A stretch of DNA of 50,786 nucleotides, taken from contig CAMZIV010000001.1 of the NCBI GenBank assembly GCA_947307355.1, positions 1-50,786 on the forward strand, in the 5' to 3' direction. The notes below the pieces were generated by a model. That model did not search any database. It had not been told where the DNA came from and was given only the letters and a program-made list of their open reading frames with translations. Position numbers and translations under genes: made by a program. This document shows positions 48,400 to 50,786 of the stretch, one piece after another (position 1 is the first letter of the stretch; every line of letters starts with the position of its first letter). Origin of the DNA: an uncultured Candidatus Saccharibacteria bacterium (GTDB lineage: Bacteria > Patescibacteriota > Saccharimonadia > Saccharimonadales > Saccharimonadaceae).

Positions 48400-48481
48400 A
48401 TAATCATATTATAATAAAAATCTTTACAAAAATTAATTTTTTATGCTAAAATTGGGGTAATAATAACTAAAGGAGTTATAG

Positions 48482-48886
48482 ATGTCAGATGTCTATTCTT
48501 TATTAAACGAACTATCTAATACCACTGGTGTTAGCACCTTCGATGCTGCTACCAGCTGGAAGATCTGTACAATTGTGATCGCCGCACTTGGCACAATTGC
48601 ACTCTTCGTCTTCTTTACCTACCTCAAAAAAGGCAAAGAAAAACGCAATTTTGTAGAAGATATCAAGAATTTTTGCCTTTTCAAAGCAAACTTTGCTGAA
48701 GATCTAGCAAAAATCGTTTTCTACTTCATGTCAATTGAAAAGCTAATGAACGCTCTTCAAACCCTCACCACTGGTGGTGATCCATGGGGCTTCTTTGGTC
48801 TTCTCTTCGAGATGGTATTCATCCGTTTCGTATACGAAACTGTGCTTGCCGGTCTTCGCTTTGCAAAAAGCAACACCAAAGACTAA
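48482..48886 (+). CDS. Hypothetical membrane protein
   Basis: SD AAGGAG; hydrophobic segments; IRFVYE motif. Confidence 0.75.
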   Translation: MSDVYSLLNELSNTTGVSTFDAATSWKICTIVIAALGTIALFVFFTYLKKGKEKRNFVEDIKNFCLFKANFAEDLAKIVFYFMSIEKLMNALQTLTTGGDPWGFFGLLFEMVFIRFVYETVLAGLRFAKSNTKD

Positions 48887-48894
48887 GTTCTAAT

Positions 48895-48924
48895 AAAATC
48901 CCCCTCACACGAGGGGGATTTTTT
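48895..48924 (+). terminator. Intrinsic terminator
   Basis: AAAATCCCCCTC-ACAC-GAGGGGGATTTTTT. Confidence 0.88.
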
Positions 48925-48954
48925 GTGGTATACTAAAACTAATATAGGAGGTAT

Positions 48955-49728
48955 ATGTTAAAACCAGATGAAATTGCGAGGGTGGCAGAAAGCGTGGGCG
49001 AGAAAAAAGCAAAGTTACCAATTTGCAAAATGATATTACTTGGAATGTTTGCTGGCGCGTTTATTGCATTGGCAGGCGTGGCAGCGACTTTTGGGAATGT
49101 CTATGCTGGCAAAATCGCTGGGGCATGTATCTTTCCGGCTGGTCTAGCAATGGTAGTAATTGCGGGTAGCGAACTATTTACTGGTAATAATTTAATGTCT
49201 ATTGCGCTTGCAGATGGGAAGATTAATTTTAAGAGTCTATTAAAAAACTGGTTTTTTGTTTTTCTTGGAAATTTAATCGGTGCAGTCTTGGTAGCGCTAG
49301 TTGTGGTGCTCTCAGGTGTGTTTGATGGTATCGCCGATACGGTTGTAACGACTGCCACTGCAAAGGTAAGTATGGGATTCTTTGAGGCAATTCTTCGTGG
49401 CGTACTCTGTAATTTTCTAGTTTGCATTGCAGTTTGGATGGCGTTTGGTGCCGAGACTGTAAGTGGCAAAATCTTGGCAGTTTTCTTCCCAATCATGTTG
49501 TTTGTATTGTGCGGTTTTGAACACTCGGTAGCAAATATGTTTTATGTTCCGGCCGGTATTTTTGAAAACATGGTGCACGGCGTAGCGGGCGGGCCACTAA
49601 ACTTTGCAGGGTTCTTAGTATACAATCTTTTGCCAGTAACAATTGGTAATATTATTGGTGGCGCAGTGCTGGTGGGTGGCGGTTATTACCTAACTTACAT
49701 CAAGAAACAAAAAGTTTGCAAAAAATAG
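48955..49728 (+). CDS. Formate/nitrite transporter family protein
   Basis: AGAFIA, GSELFTGN, GNLIG, CNFLVC.AVW, GFEHSVANM, GNIIGG. Confidence 0.95.
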   Translation: MLKPDEIARVAESVGEKKAKLPICKMILLGMFAGAFIALAGVAATFGNVYAGKIAGACIFPAGLAMVVIAGSELFTGNNLMSIALADGKINFKSLLKNWFFVFLGNLIGAVLVALVVVLSGVFDGIADTVVTTATAKVSMGFFEAILRGVLCNFLVCIAVWMAFGAETVSGKILAVFFPIMLFVLCGFEHSVANMFYVPAGIFENMVHGVAGGPLNFAGFLVYNLLPVTIGNIIGGAVLVGGGYYLTYIKKQKVCKK

Positions 49729-49755
49729 ATTATTTGGTATAATTATTTCGTGGTT

Positions 49756-49831
49756 GGCTCTGTAGCTCAGCTGGTAGAGCAGAGGCCTGAAGAGCCTTGT
49801 GTCGTTGGTTCAAGTCCGACCGGAGCCACCA
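49756..49831 (+). tRNA. tRNA-Phe(GAA)
   Basis: GAGGC-CTGAAGA-GCCTT anticodon arm, GGTTCAAGTCC, ACCA. Confidence 0.96.
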
Positions 49832-49878
49832 AGAAAATAAAAAACGACCCAGAGGGTCATTTTTTATTTTCTTACGTG

Positions 49879-49983
49879 GCGACGGCTAGCGAGCACAAAG
49901 TGCGAGCGTCCCGGAGCCACATTTTGCGAAGCAAAAGTTTTGCGACGGCTAGCGAGCACAAAGTGCGAGCGTCTCGGAGCCAC
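49879..49983 (+). repeat. Two 42-bp direct repeats ending in the tRNA-Phe 3' sequence CGGAGCCAC
   Basis: 49879-49920 and 49942-49983 differ at one base. Confidence 0.85.
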
Positions 49984-50089
49984 TCTCTTAGTATCTTTAC
50001 TTTTTTACACTTTTATGTTATAATTATATAGTTAGGTAACTAAGTTCTTTAAGATTGCTAGATTTTTTCATTTAAAGGAGGGTTTTAAT

Positions 50090-50554
50090 ATGAAAATCAA
50101 AATTGACGATAAGGTATATTTGCAAAAATATGAAATTGCAGATATGACCCATAATCCCAAGTATTATCCGCAATGTGTTTTGGATGAAATATTTGCTCAT
50201 GGAGATGAGGTTTTTGTTATGAATAGGGCACTTGATGCATATCATTTTGCAAATGTATTTAAAAACCCTGAGAGCATAAAATGGCTCATGGAGCAGGACT
50301 GGATTGTAGACTATGATGAATTTGCGGAAAAGCCGTTGCAAACAATAAAAGACTTAGCTTATGGTGTTTATATAGAAGAAACTAAAATTATTCAGGACTT
50401 CAATCGTAAAGACATAGAATATCGCGATAAACATTTTGATGAAGTGCGTGATAAAACCTACAAGCTTGGAGTAAAAGCTCGTTCTCTGGGAATTATGACC
50501 TACTTTCTTGAGGGTGAGGTAACATTTAAATTTCCGGAAGGCTACGTCAACTAG
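50090..50554 (+). CDS. Hypothetical protein
   Basis: 154-aa ORF, SD AAGGAGG, own TATAAT and terminator. Confidence 0.8.
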   Translation: MKIKIDDKVYLQKYEIADMTHNPKYYPQCVLDEIFAHGDEVFVMNRALDAYHFANVFKNPESIKWLMEQDWIVDYDEFAEKPLQTIKDLAYGVYIEETKIIQDFNRKDIEYRDKHFDEVRDKTYKLGVKARSLGIMTYFLEGEVTFKFPEGYVN

Positions 50555-50558
50555 CAAT

Positions 50559-50583
50559 AGCACCCAGAAATGGGTGCTTTTTT
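50559..50583 (+). terminator. Intrinsic terminator
   Basis: AGCACCCA-GAAA-TGGGTGCT-TTTTT. Confidence 0.88.
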
Positions 50584-50610
50584 CTTGATTTGTGTTATAA
50601 TAATTGGAGC

Positions 50611-50687
50611 GGGCGGTTAGCTCAGTTGGCTAGAGCGCGTCTTTGACGTAGACGAGGTCACAGGTTCGACTCCTGTATCGCCCACCA
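50611..50687 (+). tRNA. tRNA-Val(GAC)
   Basis: CGTCT-TTGACGT-AGACG anticodon arm, GGTTCGACTCC, ACCA. Confidence 0.96.
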
Positions 50688-50734
50688 AGTATTAACTTTT
50701 TTAAAAAATTGTGATATAATATCTCAGACAACCT

Positions 50735-50786
50735 GGGTCGGTAGCTCAGCTGGTTAGAGCACGGGCCTTTTAAGCCCGGTGTCGAG
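50735..50786 (+). tRNA. tRNA-Lys(TTT), truncated by window end
   Basis: TAGCTCAGCTGGTTAGAGC D-arm, CGGGC-CTTTTAA-GCCCG anticodon arm. Confidence 0.9.

Noticed and set aside
49879..49983. Possible CRISPR array
   Set aside because: Only two repeats, a 21-nt palindromic spacer, repeats end in tRNA sequence, and no cas genes in the window
49750..50031. 93-aa ORF with a repeated peptide
   Set aside because: It is a translation of tRNA-Phe and the downstream DNA repeats

Overview
An AT-rich chromosomal segment from a small-genome bacterium. The gene repertoire (XRE-MurA fusion, homodimeric GlyRS, FISUMP-type surface protein, shortened enzymes, nusA without rimP) suggests Saccharibacteria/Patescibacteria; this is inference. 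It carries the 3' end of a 5S rRNA gene, seven tRNA genes (one partial) and core genes (nusA, rnj, trxB-like, lemA, htpX, ligA, pyk, pgk, murA, pcrA, rnhA, tyrS, rpmA, xseAB, recO, ppa, glyQS, rarA). Many core genes appear to be leaderless. The accessory block at 8.9-18.7 kb holds the main findings. (1) A ~6.9 kb island sits at the 3' end of tRNA-Gly(GCC), bounded by TGGTGC cores at 11852 and 18707. Its large serine recombinase gene appears split by its own attachment site: rejoining the two ends fuses it in frame to an unannotated ORF at 11851-12021 and swaps a 5-aa C-terminus for a 54-aa one. (2) Two tandem promoter-to-terminator cassettes encode five divergent paralogues, and in each cassette the predicted mRNA 5' end is complementary to the sequence just before the terminator. 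Also notable are a C4/CI-like structured leader RNA in the island, two homologous ~120-bp GC-rich palindromes read in frame inside unrelated genes, short tRNA-linked duplicating elements, and a U19:A56 elbow in the target tRNA-Gly. All calls come from reading the sequence; no searches or folding programs were run.
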